A model generated the notes under the pieces. The model worked only from the letters and a program-made list of their open reading frames with translations. It was not told the DNA's origin and did no database searches. This document shows, one piece after another, positions 14,099-24,409 of a DNA stretch of 64,000 bases. A program made the position numbers and the translations under genes. The stretch spans positions 200,517 through 264,516 of the forward strand of contig CAVQHW010000002.1 of the NCBI GenBank assembly GCA_963712425.1. Direction: 5' to 3'. The DNA is from an uncultured Actinomycetota bacterium. GTDB taxonomy: Bacteria; Actinomycetota; Actinomycetes; JAHEKZ01. Position 1 is the first letter of the stretch. The number at the start of each line of letters is the position of its first letter.

Positions 14099-14758
14099 TC
14101 ATCGCAGCAACGCCGATCTCAGTTGGCTGACCAGCCATGACGCGTAGCTCTCACTGGTCCACCCGCGTTCACCAACGAGCCCGGTGTACAGGCGCGGGTC
14201 TGTGAGGGCCCACACGACGTCGGCCGCGGTGTCCGCGTCCATCCCTTGCTTGAGTCGTGCCGGGTCGATCAAGGAGACGAACTCGGCCATGCCAACGCGA
14301 CGACCCTGCTGGCCTCGTGTCACCTGATCTCGCACTTGCTCGTCGACACCGGACGCCTGCAGCAGCACTTCGTGCAATGGCGCGAGTCGCTCATGTACCT
14401 CGGTGACAAATGCCGCGAGCAGCTCACACTGGCGACCCGCATCGTCGGATGCCGCAGCGACTTGTCGCGCCACCTCGCGCTCAGAAACCGGGACGTCCTC
14501 GTCGTCACCTGTGATGCCGACGTCCACGAGTCGCTTGAGCAACCCAGCCTTACCGCCGAAAGCGGCGGCAGCGGTGGCTGGCGCGACACCAGCACTTTGC
14601 GCGACGTCGTTCATCGTCGTTGCGGCATACCCACGTTCGATAAACAGCGCACGCCCGGCCTCGAGAATCTGCTCTCGCGTCCGAGCTGCCCCCTGTTGCC
14701 GACGGCTGGCGTCATACGAGCGGCTTGACATCTGGTGAACTTTCTCTAGTGTCTTCAC
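14099..14758 (-). CDS. TetR family transcriptional regulator (true start may be the internal Met at 14731)
   Basis: N-terminal TetR HTH (TREQILEAGRALFIERGYAATTMNDVAQSAGVA). Divergent from a small ABM-like gene. Confidence 0.85.
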   Translation of the reverse strand: MKTLEKVHQMSSRSYDASRRQQGAARTREQILEAGRALFIERGYAATTMNDVAQSAGVAPATAAAAFGGKAGLLKRLVDVGITGDDEDVPVSEREVARQVAAASDDAGRQCELLAAFVTEVHERLAPLHEVLLQASGVDEQVRDQVTRGQQGRRVGMAEFVSLIDPARLKQGMDADTAADVVWALTDPRLYTGLVGERGWTSESYASWLVSQLRSALLR

Positions 14759-14770
14759 TATCGAATAGTG
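14756..14770. promoter_or_regulatory. Candidate TetR operator, perfect palindrome CACTAT-CGA-ATAGTG in the divergent promoter region
   Basis: 6-3-6 inverted repeat read from the sequence, between the TetR gene and the divergent 14824 gene. Confidence 0.35.
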
Positions 14771-14823
14771 GTAACGCTATCGTACTGCAAGAATCCCTGA
14801 TTGACGAGACCTGAGGAGACCCG

Positions 14824-15123
14824 ATGTACGCCTTCTGCCAAGACATGCCAGGCATCTCGGTCGACGAGCAAGCCAAACTCAACCCGTTGCTCGCCCCCGA
14901 TGCGCTGGACGGCTGTATCGCCCACGTGGTCGGCCCGATCGATGGTGGCTGTCGCATGATCGACGTCTGGGAGACCGAGCAGCAGTACCGCGACTTCCAG
15001 CAGCAGCACCTGTACCCAGCGCTCGCCAAGCTGCAGCAGGACCTGCCCATCCAAGACACGCGTGGCATGCCGCCATTCACTGTCCTCGAGGTGACCGGCG
15101 CCGGACACGTCGCACGCGTCTGA
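14824..15123 (+). CDS. Small ABM/Dabb-like hypothetical protein (99 aa), probable target of the TetR regulator
   Basis: Divergent arrangement with TetR. Size and a DVWETEQQYRDFQQQH segment are consistent with the antibiotic-biosynthesis-monooxygenase fold. No strong motif. Confidence 0.45.
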   Translation: MYAFCQDMPGISVDEQAKLNPLLAPDALDGCIAHVVGPIDGGCRMIDVWETEQQYRDFQQQHLYPALAKLQQDLPIQDTRGMPPFTVLEVTGAGHVARV

Positions 15124-15220
15124 CCCTTTCCGTCCCGCTTCGGAAGGCACGTGCCGGGTCCGTCAGGCGCACGGTTCGTGCGGCATAATCACGGCTGCGG
15201 AGGCTTCGTCGCACCGCAGC

Positions 15221-15294
15221 GCGGGTGTAGTTCAATGGCAGAACATCAGCTTCCCAAGCTGATAGTGCGAGTTCGATTCTCGTCACCCGCTCCC
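15221..15294 (+). tRNA. tRNA-Gly (anticodon CCC), with encoded CCA
   Basis: GCGGGTG acceptor stem pairing with CACCCGC, D arm GTTCAATGGCAGAAC, anticodon loop TTCCCAA, T arm GCGAGTTCGATTCTCGT, discriminator T then CCA. Confidence 0.85.
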
Positions 15295-15350
15295 ACCCGG
15301 CGAATCGACCGGTCGATGCTCACGGCAATGCGCTCGAGGTCTTGCGGGTG

Positions 15351-15968
15351 TCACCGGACATGATCGTGCGGCGCATGCTGCGTCACCTGGTCGACTGGCC
15401 AGTCCCACCAGGCGGCTCGCAACAGTCGCTCGACGTCGTCCGGCTCGAAGCGCATGCGAACCACCTTGGCCGGGTTCCCAGCGACAACCGCATACGGCGG
15501 AACGTCACGCGACACCACGCTGGCTGCTGCGACGACCGCTCCGTGACCGATCGTGACCCCGGGCAAGACCAGCGCCTGGTAGCCCAGCCAGACGTCGTTG
15601 CCGACGACCGTGTCGCCGCGGCTCGGCGCTGCCATCACCAGATCCATCGTCGTCGTCCCATGGCGGACCGAACACGCCGAACGGGAACGTGGACGGCCCC
15701 AGGTCGGCGTGGTTGGCGCCCGGGAGCAAGAAAGCGTACTCCCGCGGCGATGGCACAGAACCGGCCGATGACCAGGCGCTCAGGGCCGAAGCCGTAGAGG
15801 ACTGCCTTCGACTCGAAGGCGGTCGCGTCCGTCGGGGTCGTCGTAGTAGGTGTACTCCCCGACGTCGATCGTCGGTGAGGTGACGACCGACTTCAGGAAC
15901 ACCATCCGGTCTTGTCCGGGGATCTGGGTGCACGACCGTCGGATCGGGGGCGTTCAGGGGTTCAGGCA
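15351..15968 (-). pseudogene. Streptogramin-A / xenobiotic acetyltransferase (Vat/XAT hexapeptide-repeat family) with two frameshifts
   Basis: Three successive frames read, in order: MPEPLNAPDP; VVTSPTIDVGEYTYYDDPDGRDRLRVEG; AVLYGFGPERLVIGRFCAIAAGVRFLLPGANHADLGPSTFPFGVFGPPW. The 15351-15647 frame then gives the C-terminal hexapeptide repeats. Together these are collinear with the Vat family. Confidence 0.6.
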
Positions 15969-15982
15969 TCGCTGGTGTCTCC

Positions 15983-16485
15983 TCATCTGTCCGCTGATGG
16001 GCTGACGAACGCTGTCGACGACCTCGCGTAAGCCGCAGCAAGGCGTCGCGGACCGCGGCGTCCTGCGATCCGCAAGCTCGCTCGCGACGTGCGCGCGAAC
16101 GGGCACGAAGAGCTCCGACCGCCTCTCGGTGGGCCCTCTGGCCCGGCCGGCGTCAGGCGTATGCGGTACGAGCGGCGGTCGTCGGGATTCGGTATCACGG
16201 GCGACGTGACCGCGAGCCTCGAACCGCTTGACGTAGCTGGACACCGTGGTGGCCGGGGCGGCCATCCATCGCGACAGCTCGGTCGGCGTGCATCGTCGGC
16301 GCGGCGGTCAGAACGGAGTAGATGGCGAACTCATCGCCGGTCAGGCCCGCCGGTGCGAGAACCGAGTCGAGCAGGTCCTCGGTGGACCGCGAGACCAGCC
16401 AGACCATGAAGAGCGCGTCGACGTCTTCGTCGCGCACCTCTGCCGGCGACAGGGGCTTGACAGATTTATTGCGAGATCGCACCAT
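15983..16485 (-). pseudogene. MarR family regulator with at least two frameshifts
   Basis: N-terminus (LTGDEFAIYSVLTAAP), wing-HTH region (TTVSSYVKRFEARGHVARD) and C-terminus (DDRRSYRIRLTPAGPEG) lie in three different minus frames. Confidence 0.5.
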
Positions 16486-16537
16486 AGTGAGATAGTACTA
16501 CGAATTCGCAGTACTTGCACAGTCGAAGGGAGGGTCC

Positions 16538-17700
16538 ATGACCCAGCATCTCAGTCGTCGCCGGCGGGACTGCCGGCGACGTCATGACCGTTCGTCACCT
16601 GCGAGCCAGCGGGCCGAACCGACAGACCTGGGCAGCGTCCTGGCGGAGGCGGCCCGGCAGCGTCCACGGCTCGACGGCGGGGCCGCTGTCGCGCCCAGGA
16701 CCCGATCGTGCAGCGGGCGCGACGTCAGCTGGTTCGCGGCGAACCACCCCGTGCTGGCGGAGCGGCAACGAGGGATCGGCGACGAGTTCGGCGTCGACCC
16801 CGACGACGACAGGTGGGACCTCGGGATGCTGGGAACGTACGAGGTTCCTGCCGGGTGCTCCGCGTGTTCTTCCCCGAAGCGCCACCACCAAGGACGGGCA
16901 CGCCGCTGCTCGCACGCAACTTCGACTTCCCGCTCGCCACCTACAGCGCAGATCCGGGGGCTGCCGCCGCTGCCGAGCGAACGGTTCCTGGCCGCAGATC
17001 CCGTGGGTCGTCGAGCTGCACCCCGACGACGGGTATTCCTCGCTGGTGATCGGGATCATGGACGTGCTCGGTGGGCATGGACGGCATCAACTCGCAGGGC
17101 TCGTCGGTCTCGCTGCTCGCCGACGACGAGTCGCCGGACCCAGAACCGTCCGGTCGTCCGCAGGTCGGGCTGTCGGAGCAGCAGATCGTCCGCTACCTGC
17201 TCGACACCTGTTCGACGGTTGACGAGGCGAAACAGGCACTGCTGCTGGCCAAGCAGTACTACCTGTTCGTTCCGGTGCCACTTCCTCGTCGCGGACGCGA
17301 CTGGACGCGCCTTCGTCTGGGAGTACTCGCCGGGTCACAACATCGAGCACATCGTCGACGCCGTCCCAGACTCGACGTGAAGCCCTGGTGTGCACCAACC
17401 ATCTGCTGCACCGCTGGCCGCCGGCATGGGCACTCCCCGATGACGCACAGGTCAGGTGTCGCCGGACAGCACGTACCAACGCTGGCGCGCGTCTCGACGC
17501 CCGAGTCACCAACGGCTGTCTCGTCGATCGCGGACGCCGCCCGCGAGCACCTCGCGTCGGTCGCCTTCACGGCCCCCGACCCAGCGGTGCGAACGCTGTG
17601 GAACGTCGTCTACGACCTCGAGTCGCTGCACCGCAGACGTGTCCTTCTACCTGCACGACCGTGAGGGCCGGAGCCAGCTACAGCCCGCCACGTGCGCTTC
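16538..17700 (+). pseudogene. C45-family Ntn-hydrolase (acyl-CoA:6-APA acyltransferase / linear amide hydrolase-like) with at least three frameshifts; boundaries approximate
   Basis: Family-like segments are spread over all three plus frames: WDLGMLGTYEV; PLLARNFDFPLATYSADPG; PWVVELHPDDGYSSLVIGIMDVLGG; GMDGINSQGSSVSLLADDES; CHFLVADATGRAFVWEYSPGHNIEHI; ADVSFYLHDREG. ATG at 16538 has an AAGGGAGGG RBS. Confidence 0.45.
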
Positions 17701-17728
17701 GCCCTCGCTGACCGACCCTGGAGGACCC

Positions 17729-18870
17729 ATGCCTGACCAGCACCCACAGCATCCACCGACACTGTCCGAAGTCAGTCACCGGAACGGAGCCACCCGGGCT
17801 GCAGGACGCTGTCGCCACACTCATGCGCGACGGGAAGGTACCCGGGCTGTCGTTCTCGGTCGTCGACAGCGACCGGCAGCTCGTCGCCGGCGGTTTCGGC
17901 TCAGCTGATCTCGCAGGTGAGGTGCCAGCGACTGCCCGCACGGCATACCTGTGGTTCTCGATGTCGAAGATCGTCACGGCGACGGCGGCAATGGCACTGT
18001 CAGAGGCCGGGCAGCTCGACCTCGACGCACCGGCTGACGAGTACGTCCGGTGTCTTCGAGCGCCGGGAACGCGTCAACCGTCGACTCGACAGCTGCTCAA
18101 CCACACGGCCGGTCTCGGCAACCCGCTTCCGATCCGTTGGGTGCACCCAGCCGACTCGAGTGGCCCTGACCCGGCTGACTTACTGCGGCGGCTGATGGCG
18201 CGCAGGCGGGCCTACCGTTATCCGGTCGGGGAGGCCGCCAGGTACAGCAACCTGGGGTACCTCGCCGCCGGTGAGGTCATGGCAGCCGCCGCGAACACCT
18301 CGTTCCCGGCGATCGTCGACCGTGACGTCCTTGAGCCAGCGGCGATGAGCAGCACCGAATTCAGCTACGGCGCTGATGCGGTGCCGGCCACCGGCTACGT
18401 GCGGGCACCTCTGGTCACCCACCCGGTGTTGCGCGGCATTCTTCCGAGAGGTGTGGTCGGCGAGCGTCACGGTCGCTACCTGTCGCTGAACCGCTTCTAT
18501 GTCGACGGACCCGCGTACGGGGGTCTCGTAGGCGATGTTGAAGATGCTGGCCGGTTTCTGCGCCTGCATCTGGGCGACGGCGAGCTTGGACGGGAAGAGG
18601 ATCCTCACGGCGAGCTCCGTCCGTTCCATGCGAGTTCTTGACCAGACCGGAAAGCCCTTTGAGCACGGCATCGGCTGGTTTCGCCGACCCACCACGGGCC
18701 GCGGTGACTGGGTCGAGCACTTCGGTGCGGGCGCGGGGTTCTGGAACGTGATGCGCCTCTACCCCGATCGCGGGATCGGCATCGTGGTCATGACGAACAG
18801 CACCACGACCTACAACTTCGAGCCGTTGTTCGCGCTCTTGTCTGATTACTTCACGTCACACCGCAGCTGA
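17729..18870 (+). pseudogene. Beta-lactamase-family serine hydrolase (class C / PBP-like) with two frameshifts
   Basis: ATG at 17729 gives MPDQHPQHPPTLSEV. A frame change near the CCC/GGG run at about 17790 leads to LQDAVATLMRDGKVPGLSFSVV and the active-site motif SMSKIVTA (SxxK). A second shift near 18590 leads to the C-terminal HFGAGAGFWNVMRLYPDRGIGIVVMTNS. Confidence 0.55.
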
Positions 18871-18968
18871 GTGCGACGCGCGACACCTCGGCTGAACGCA
18901 CATGGGTGTCGCCACCGAGTCGAACCCGGTGGCGACACCCGTGCGGATCACTCTGTCCTGCAGGCGGA

Positions 18969-20453
18969 TCAGTGGTGCATGTGCATCGCAGCGTCGCCGG
19001 TCATCCGCGCTGATGGCATGCGCACGTAGGCGACAACTCCAACGAGAGCGGCAAGGCCAGCCGCCGCGAGGAAGGCAGCGGAGAACCCGTCAACGATGCC
19101 AGCCGGATCGGTGAGGGTGCCTGCGGCGGTCGCTACCGCCGACAAGACTGCGACACCAAGGGCAGCACCGATCTCGTGCCCGGTCATGAGGAATCCGGAC
19201 GCCATGCCGGCGTGCTGGGCAGGGATGCCCGCCATCGCGGTGACCGCGACGCTGACAAACACCAGGCCGACGCCGAACCCGAGAACGAGCAAGCCGGGAA
19301 GCATGTCAGTCATGAAGTCCGCTTGCCCGCTCGCAAAGGAAAGCAGGACGGCGCCGACGGTGACGATCGCGAGGCCTCCAGCAGCAACGTTGCGTGGCGA
19401 TGTACGGCTCAACAGTTTGCTTGCCGCATGGGTGCCGACCGTGATGGCGAGCGCGAGCGGAAGGAACGCGACACCAGCGCGAAGAGCCGAGTACCCCATC
19501 ACGCTCTGCACGAAGATCGAGGTGAGGAACACGGTGCCGACGAGCAGAGCGGTCGCTCCCAGCATCACGGTCGTGCCGGACACGAGTGTCGTGACCTTCC
19601 AGGTGTGCGGAGGCACGAGCGGGCGAGCGGCGCGGCGTTCGATACGGACGAACGCTGCGAGCAGCACCGCAGAGCTGGCGAACGCAACAAGCGTGCGAAC
19701 CGAGACCCAACCGTGTGTTGAGGTACTTGCCAGTCCGTACATGAGCGCCCCGAGTCCACCGATGACGGTGAAGGCGCCGGGCAGATCGAACTGGGCGAAA
19801 CGAGCAGGGGCAGTCTTCTCCTTGGGCAGAACCTTGAGCCCGAGGGCGAGAGCGGCGACGCCGATCGGCACGTTGACCCAGAAGATGAGCTGCCAGCCCG
19901 CCCACGTGGTGAGCGCACCGCCGAACAGCACGCCTGCAGCGACGCCGAGGCTGCCGACGGCACCCCACAGCGCGAGACCCTTCGTGCGCTGGGCACCCGA
20001 GTAGGTGGTCATCACGAGCGAGAGGGCGGCTGGTGTCATCAGGGCCGCGCCAAGCCCTTGGGCGGCGCGGGCTCCGATGAGCTCGGCCGCGCTACCGGCG
20101 AATCCGCTGAACAACGACGCACCCGTGAAGATCGTCATTCCGGTCAAGAACACCCGACGGCGCGGCAGCAGGTCAGCGATCCGGCCGCCGAGCAGCAACC
20201 CGCCGCCTGAAAGCAAGAGGTAGGCCGTCACGAGCCACTGCAGATCGCTGCTACCTAGGCGCAGCGACTCTCCGATGGCTGGCAACGCCGTGTTGACGAC
20301 GGAGATGTCCAGGACCACCAGGATCTGGGCTGTGAGCGCGAGGGCGAGGACGGTCCACGGCTTGCGCGGTCCAGCGTCAGACTCGGGGACGGGGTTTCCT
20401 GGGTTCGGGGTATCCGTCTGTGCGGTACCTGTGGCGGTATCTGTGGCGTGCAT
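18969..20453 (-). CDS. MFS transporter, DHA2 (14-TM drug:H+ antiporter, EmrB/QacA-like)
   Basis: 494 aa with 14 predicted TM helices. MFS motifs LVVLDISVVNTALPAI and GGRIADLLPRRRVF. Confidence 0.85.
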   Translation of the reverse strand: MHATDTATGTAQTDTPNPGNPVPESDAGPRKPWTVLALALTAQILVVLDISVVNTALPAIGESLRLGSSDLQWLVTAYLLLSGGGLLLGGRIADLLPRRRVFLTGMTIFTGASLFSGFAGSAAELIGARAAQGLGAALMTPAALSLVMTTYSGAQRTKGLALWGAVGSLGVAAGVLFGGALTTWAGWQLIFWVNVPIGVAALALGLKVLPKEKTAPARFAQFDLPGAFTVIGGLGALMYGLASTSTHGWVSVRTLVAFASSAVLLAAFVRIERRAARPLVPPHTWKVTTLVSGTTVMLGATALLVGTVFLTSIFVQSVMGYSALRAGVAFLPLALAITVGTHAASKLLSRTSPRNVAAGGLAIVTVGAVLLSFASGQADFMTDMLPGLLVLGFGVGLVFVSVAVTAMAGIPAQHAGMASGFLMTGHEIGAALGVAVLSAVATAAGTLTDPAGIVDGFSAAFLAAAGLAALVGVVAYVRMPSARMTGDAAMHMHH

Positions 20454-20586
20454 GTCGACTCCTTGGGTCGGTCTTCGAAACTGCAGGTCGGGTGCTACTG
20501 AGCGTGGTCTGGACGCGGAACGGTCGCCCCGGTCGAATGACCGGGTTCCCGCCGCGTCCGCTGGGTCCCGGCGCGGGTCTCCGGCG

Positions 20587-21316
20587 TCAGCCGCGGAACG
20601 GGGCGGCCTTGATGGCCAGGGAGAAGGCGCCGTAGCGGGTCAGAAATGCGCCCCGACCGCTTGGCACCTGCTGTGCCTCAGCGCGGAACGCCGCAGCGAA
20701 CTCTCGCTTGAACCCGACGCGTGGGTACTCCGCAAGGATCTCCGCGATCTGGTCGGAGGGCAGCTCCCACGCACGCAGGCCCACGACGTCCAGGCCAGCA
20801 CCGGCCGAGAGCAGGAACGCGACCGGCCCTTGCGCCAGCGTCACGCCGGGGGTGTGGTGCAGCGTGATGGCGTCTCGCAGGACGTCGGTCGCGGCGGTCG
20901 AGAGCCCGACGTCTTCGGCCACGTCTCGGGCCACCTGCGCGCTGGCCCGCGTGAAGTCGACTCGAGGCACGGGGGTCGGTAGCCCGACGTCGTGCAGCAG
21001 CGCGGCGGCGTAGAGCAGCTCGTGATCAACGTCCACGTCGTGCAGCTCGCCGAGGGCCGCCCCGTACGCGTACGTCCGATACGAGTGGTTCAGCAACGCT
21101 GGGCTCAGTCGGCGCTGCGCCACCTCGTCGGCTGCGCGGGTGAGGAGCCGAGTTGGGAGTAGGCCGCTGATGGCGTGCGACTGAGGCTCGGCGGCCGGAG
21201 TTGACCCGCAGCAGCATCGAGAGCCTGCCGATGGCCATGGTCGCGTGCGTACGCGCGAGGGGCAGCAGCAGGCTGCGGCGCTCCGCGGCGGTGAGCTGCC
21301 CGCCGGTGCTCTCCAC
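20587..21316 (-). CDS. HD-domain phosphohydrolase; N-terminal 40 aa in a different frame (probable single frameshift near 21150-21190)
   Basis: HD region LLNHSYRTYAYGAALG...LLHDVGL...ITLHH in the 20587 frame. The only start with sensible N-terminal sequence (MESTGGQLTAAERRSLLLPLART) is in the 21026-21316 frame. The in-frame upstream extension is Cys/Arg-rich junk. Confidence 0.5.
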
Positions 21317-21537
21317 CCAGGCATGGGTGCCAAGGTGCGGTCGGGTGCTGCTGGTCGGTGTGCGCTGGTCATGGCGTCTCCTGATGGGCTGCGGCGTCCT
21401 GGGCCGGTCCGTCCCGGCACTCCGCTGCGCCGAGGTAGTCCACGTTCGCGGCCCAGCGCATCGGTCGCCCCGGCGAAAGCGCCAGGGTTGGCGCGAGCCG
21501 GCCCCGTCGGTGGCGTCCGCGGGTTAATGTCGCGGTT

Positions 21538-24279
21538 GTGCTGTTCGGAAGGGACGCCGAGAGGGCGCTTCTGGACGCGCTCCTCACCGACGCGAGCGCG
21601 GGCAAGGCGGGAACGCTGTTGCTGCACGGCGAGCCAGGGGTGGGAAAGTCCGCGCTCTTGGACGACCTCATCGCGCACACGGGCAATGACGTCCGGGTGC
21701 TGCGCACCCAAGGGGTCGAGTCTGAAGCGCCACTCGCATTCGCCGCACTGCATCGATTGCTGCGTCCGGTGTATGGCCTGCTCGACCGGCTGCCCGAGCC
21801 GCAGGCCCGGGCGCTGCGGGCGGCATTCGGCGAGGCGGATGACGTGCCGGTCCAGCCGTTCTTGGTTGCGCTCGCGACCCTGTCGTTGCTCACCGAGGCA
21901 GCCGAGGACGCTGCCGTGCTGTGCGTCATCGACGACGCACAGTGGCTCGACCAGGCCACCGCGGATGCGGTCCTCGTCGCCGCGCGACGCTTAGGCGCAG
22001 ACCGCGTCGCCATCGTGTTTGCTGCCCGCGACGGTGAGGGACGGGCGTTCGCTCCCGATGATGTCCCCGCCGTCGCACTGACCCCCCTGACCGATGACGC
22101 GGCGCGCGCTGTTCTCGCCGAGGCGACCGATGGTTCCCTGCTCGACGAAGTCGCAGACCAGCTGATGGCTCAAGCCGCTGGCAACCCGCTCGCCCTCGTC
22201 GAGCTACCGACCACCCTGTCCGGCGAGCAGCTCACCGGCGCGGCACCGATGCCCACCGAGCTACCCCTGACTGCCGGCATGGAGCGTGTGTTCCTCGATC
22301 GGTGCCGCCGACTACCCACCCCAGTGCAGACCATGCTCTTGGTCGCCGCGGCAGACGACTCGGGAAGAGTCGCGACCCTGCTTCAGGCAGCAGCGGTGCT
22401 CGGGGTCGACGCGAGCGCCCTTGACGATGGCGAACGGTCTGGGCTCCTTGTCGTGAACGCCGACAACGTGGCCGTCCGGCACCCGCTGGTGCGGTCGGCC
22501 GTGTATCAGGCGGCGACGAGCAGGGAACGCCGCGAAGCGCATCGCGCCCTCGCCGAAGCCGTGGACCCAACGGAAGACCCCGACCGCTACGCGTGGCATC
22601 GCGCCGCCGCTGTTGACAGCCCCGACGAGGTGGTCGTGGCGGGGCTGGTTGCTGCGGGAGCGCGTGCCGAACAACGCGGCGGATACGCCGCTGCGGCCGC
22701 CGCCTTCGAGCGCGCGGCCGCTCTCACCGCCGGGGAGCAACCCCGCGCCTCACATCTGTACGCCGCCGCGCGCAATGCTTGGGCAGCCGGACAGACACCC
22801 CAAGCACGCACGCTCGCGGCGGCGGCCCGAGAGCGCGCCGACGACCGAATCTTGCGTGCAGATATCGACCGACTCCGCGGACGCATCGAGGTCAACGTCG
22901 GATCAGCTATCGACGCGCACCACATCTTCAGCACCGCCGCCCGCGCCGTGTCAGCTGACGACATGACCCGTGGCCTCGATCTGGCGGTGTCCGCTGCGCT
23001 ACTGAGCACCTACGGCGCCGACAGCGGCAGCACCGTCGACGTCACCGCGCTCTCCGCGCGTGCCACCGCCGCGGAAACCGCACGAAGCCGCTGCCTTGGG
23101 CATCTGCTGCTCACCATCACCGACGCCTCGGCGAATCAATGGGCAACCAGCCTGTCGTCGCTGCGGGCTGCACAAGATGCCGGAGCGGACGTCGGTGAGC
23201 TAGACGTTCTATCGCACCTAGGCAACACCTCCCTGCACCTCGGCGACGACGCGGCGCACGGTCGCTACTTCACGCAGATGGCTGCCGGTGCCCGCGAGGC
23301 TGGTGCGGGCATGCTCGTCCTCTACGCCTTGCCACGTCTTGGCTTCTCGCAACTCGTCACCGGCCAGTGGGCCGCGCTTCGCAGCAGTTCTGAGGAGACA
23401 CTCTCGCTCAGTGTCAGCGCCGGGCAGCGCAGTCTTGGCGCCGTACCGCTGGGCTTTCTCACGCTGCTCGCTGCGCTGCAGGGCCGTCCCGCCGCCGAGT
23501 ACGACGCGCTGTTGGCGGATCTGGACGCCGCGACTGGGCAGCCACTCGGGGTGCTCGCCGACCCGGTGCACGACCTGATGCGCTGGGCGCAAGGCACCCG
23601 TGCCGCACACGAGGGTGACGCCCGAGCTGCGCTGCACCACTTCCGCAGCATTCGGTTGAGCACGCTTGGCCGACTGGCTGCTCTCGACCGCATCGAGGCG
23701 GCCGTCCGAGCCGGCGAACTCGAACAGGCAGCGGCCTGGGTCAAGGAGTTGACCCCGTTCGCCGAGGGCACCCGATGGCCGTGGGCGCTTGCCGTCGTCG
23801 ACCACGGTCGCGCGCTGCTTGCCGAACCCGCGGACGCGCCTGACTTCTTCGATAGCGCCCTGGCTCATAGCGCCTCGGTCGAGGCCGGAGTCGGCTGCCG
23901 CCCGTATGACATGGCGCGAACCCACCTGGCATACGGGGAGCACCTTCGTCGTTCGCAACGCCGGGTCGACGCGCGCACCCACCTTCGGGCGGCGCTGGAG
24001 ACCTTCGAGGACTTGCGCGCGGAGCCGCTAGTCGCGCGGGCAACCCAAGAGCTTCGCGCGTCCGGCGAAACCGCACGCAAGCGTGACCCGTCGACCCAGC
24101 TGAAGCTCACACCGATGGAGCGCCAGGTCGCCGAGCTCGTGGGTCAGGGCATGTCCAACAAGGAGATCGCCGCCCAGTGCTGGGTGTCGCACCGGACCGT
24201 CGCCTTTCACCTGCGGAACATCTTTATGAAGGCTGGAGTGTCCTCGCGCGGCGAGCTGGCGCAGCTGGACCTGGAATAG
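21538..24279 (+). CDS. LAL-type (large ATP-binding LuxR family) transcriptional regulator: N-terminal AAA+/NB-ARC ATPase, TPR-like middle, C-terminal LuxR HTH
   Basis: GTG start. Walker A (LLHGEPGVGKSALL), Walker B (LCVIDDAQWLD) and C-terminal LuxR HTH (LTPMERQVAELVGQGMSNKEIAAQCWVSHRTVAFHLRNIFMKAGVSSRGEL). 913 aa. Confidence 0.85.
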   Translation: MLFGRDAERALLDALLTDASAGKAGTLLLHGEPGVGKSALLDDLIAHTGNDVRVLRTQGVESEAPLAFAALHRLLRPVYGLLDRLPEPQARALRAAFGEADDVPVQPFLVALATLSLLTEAAEDAAVLCVIDDAQWLDQATADAVLVAARRLGADRVAIVFAARDGEGRAFAPDDVPAVALTPLTDDAARAVLAEATDGSLLDEVADQLMAQAAGNPLALVELPTTLSGEQLTGAAPMPTELPLTAGMERVFLDRCRRLPTPVQTMLLVAAADDSGRVATLLQAAAVLGVDASALDDGERSGLLVVNADNVAVRHPLVRSAVYQAATSRERREAHRALAEAVDPTEDPDRYAWHRAAAVDSPDEVVVAGLVAAGARAEQRGGYAAAAAAFERAAALTAGEQPRASHLYAAARNAWAAGQTPQARTLAAAARERADDRILRADIDRLRGRIEVNVGSAIDAHHIFSTAARAVSADDMTRGLDLAVSAALLSTYGADSGSTVDVTALSARATAAETARSRCLGHLLLTITDASANQWATSLSSLRAAQDAGADVGELDVLSHLGNTSLHLGDDAAHGRYFTQMAAGAREAGAGMLVLYALPRLGFSQLVTGQWAALRSSSEETLSLSVSAGQRSLGAVPLGFLTLLAALQGRPAAEYDALLADLDAATGQPLGVLADPVHDLMRWAQGTRAAHEGDARAALHHFRSIRLSTLGRLAALDRIEAAVRAGELEQAAAWVKELTPFAEGTRWPWALAVVDHGRALLAEPADAPDFFDSALAHSASVEAGVGCRPYDMARTHLAYGEHLRRSQRRVDARTHLRAALETFEDLRAEPLVARATQELRASGETARKRDPSTQLKLTPMERQVAELVGQGMSNKEIAAQCWVSHRTVAFHLRNIFMKAGVSSRGELAQLDLE

Positions 24280-24364
24280 GAACAGTCGTCCAGCCTGCTG
24301 ACAGGCGACTACCTGCCCGCCTGGGTAGCAAGAGGTTGAACAGTTCACCCTGATTGCCCTCATT

Positions 24365-24405
24365 CCCCCTCGGTCTGATGCCGACAATGGCTAGGACCGA
24401 GGGGG
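24365..24405 (+). promoter_or_regulatory. Perfect 11-bp inverted repeat (CCCCCTCGGTC...GACCGAGGGGG, 19-nt loop) whose 3' arm contains the Shine-Dalgarno sequence of the next gene
   Basis: Read from the sequence. The 3' arm ends 5 nt before the ATG at 24410, so GAGGGGG would be sequestered in the stem. Confidence 0.4.
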
Positions 24406-24409
24406 TCTG

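Noticed and set aside
15077-15286. 69-aa minus-strand ORF overlapping tRNA-Gly
   Set aside because: It overlaps a well-formed tRNA, is Arg-rich and has no RBS, so it is spurious.
16538-17380. ORF track's 280-aa protein starting MTQHLSRRRRDCRRRHDRSS
   Set aside because: Most of this frame is Arg-rich nonsense. The real C45-hydrolase signal hops between three frames, so the locus is scored as a pseudogene instead.
20587-21753. 388-aa version of the HD-domain ORF
   Set aside because: Upstream of about 21200 the frame gives Cys/Arg/Pro-rich junk overlapping the divergent LAL promoter region. The HD protein is about 200-240 aa.
21538-24279. Large AAA+/NB-ARC protein considered as a STAND-type antiphage defence ATPase
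   Set aside because: The C-terminal LuxR HTH and overall LAL architecture indicate a conventional transcription regulator. No nuclease or effector domain is present.
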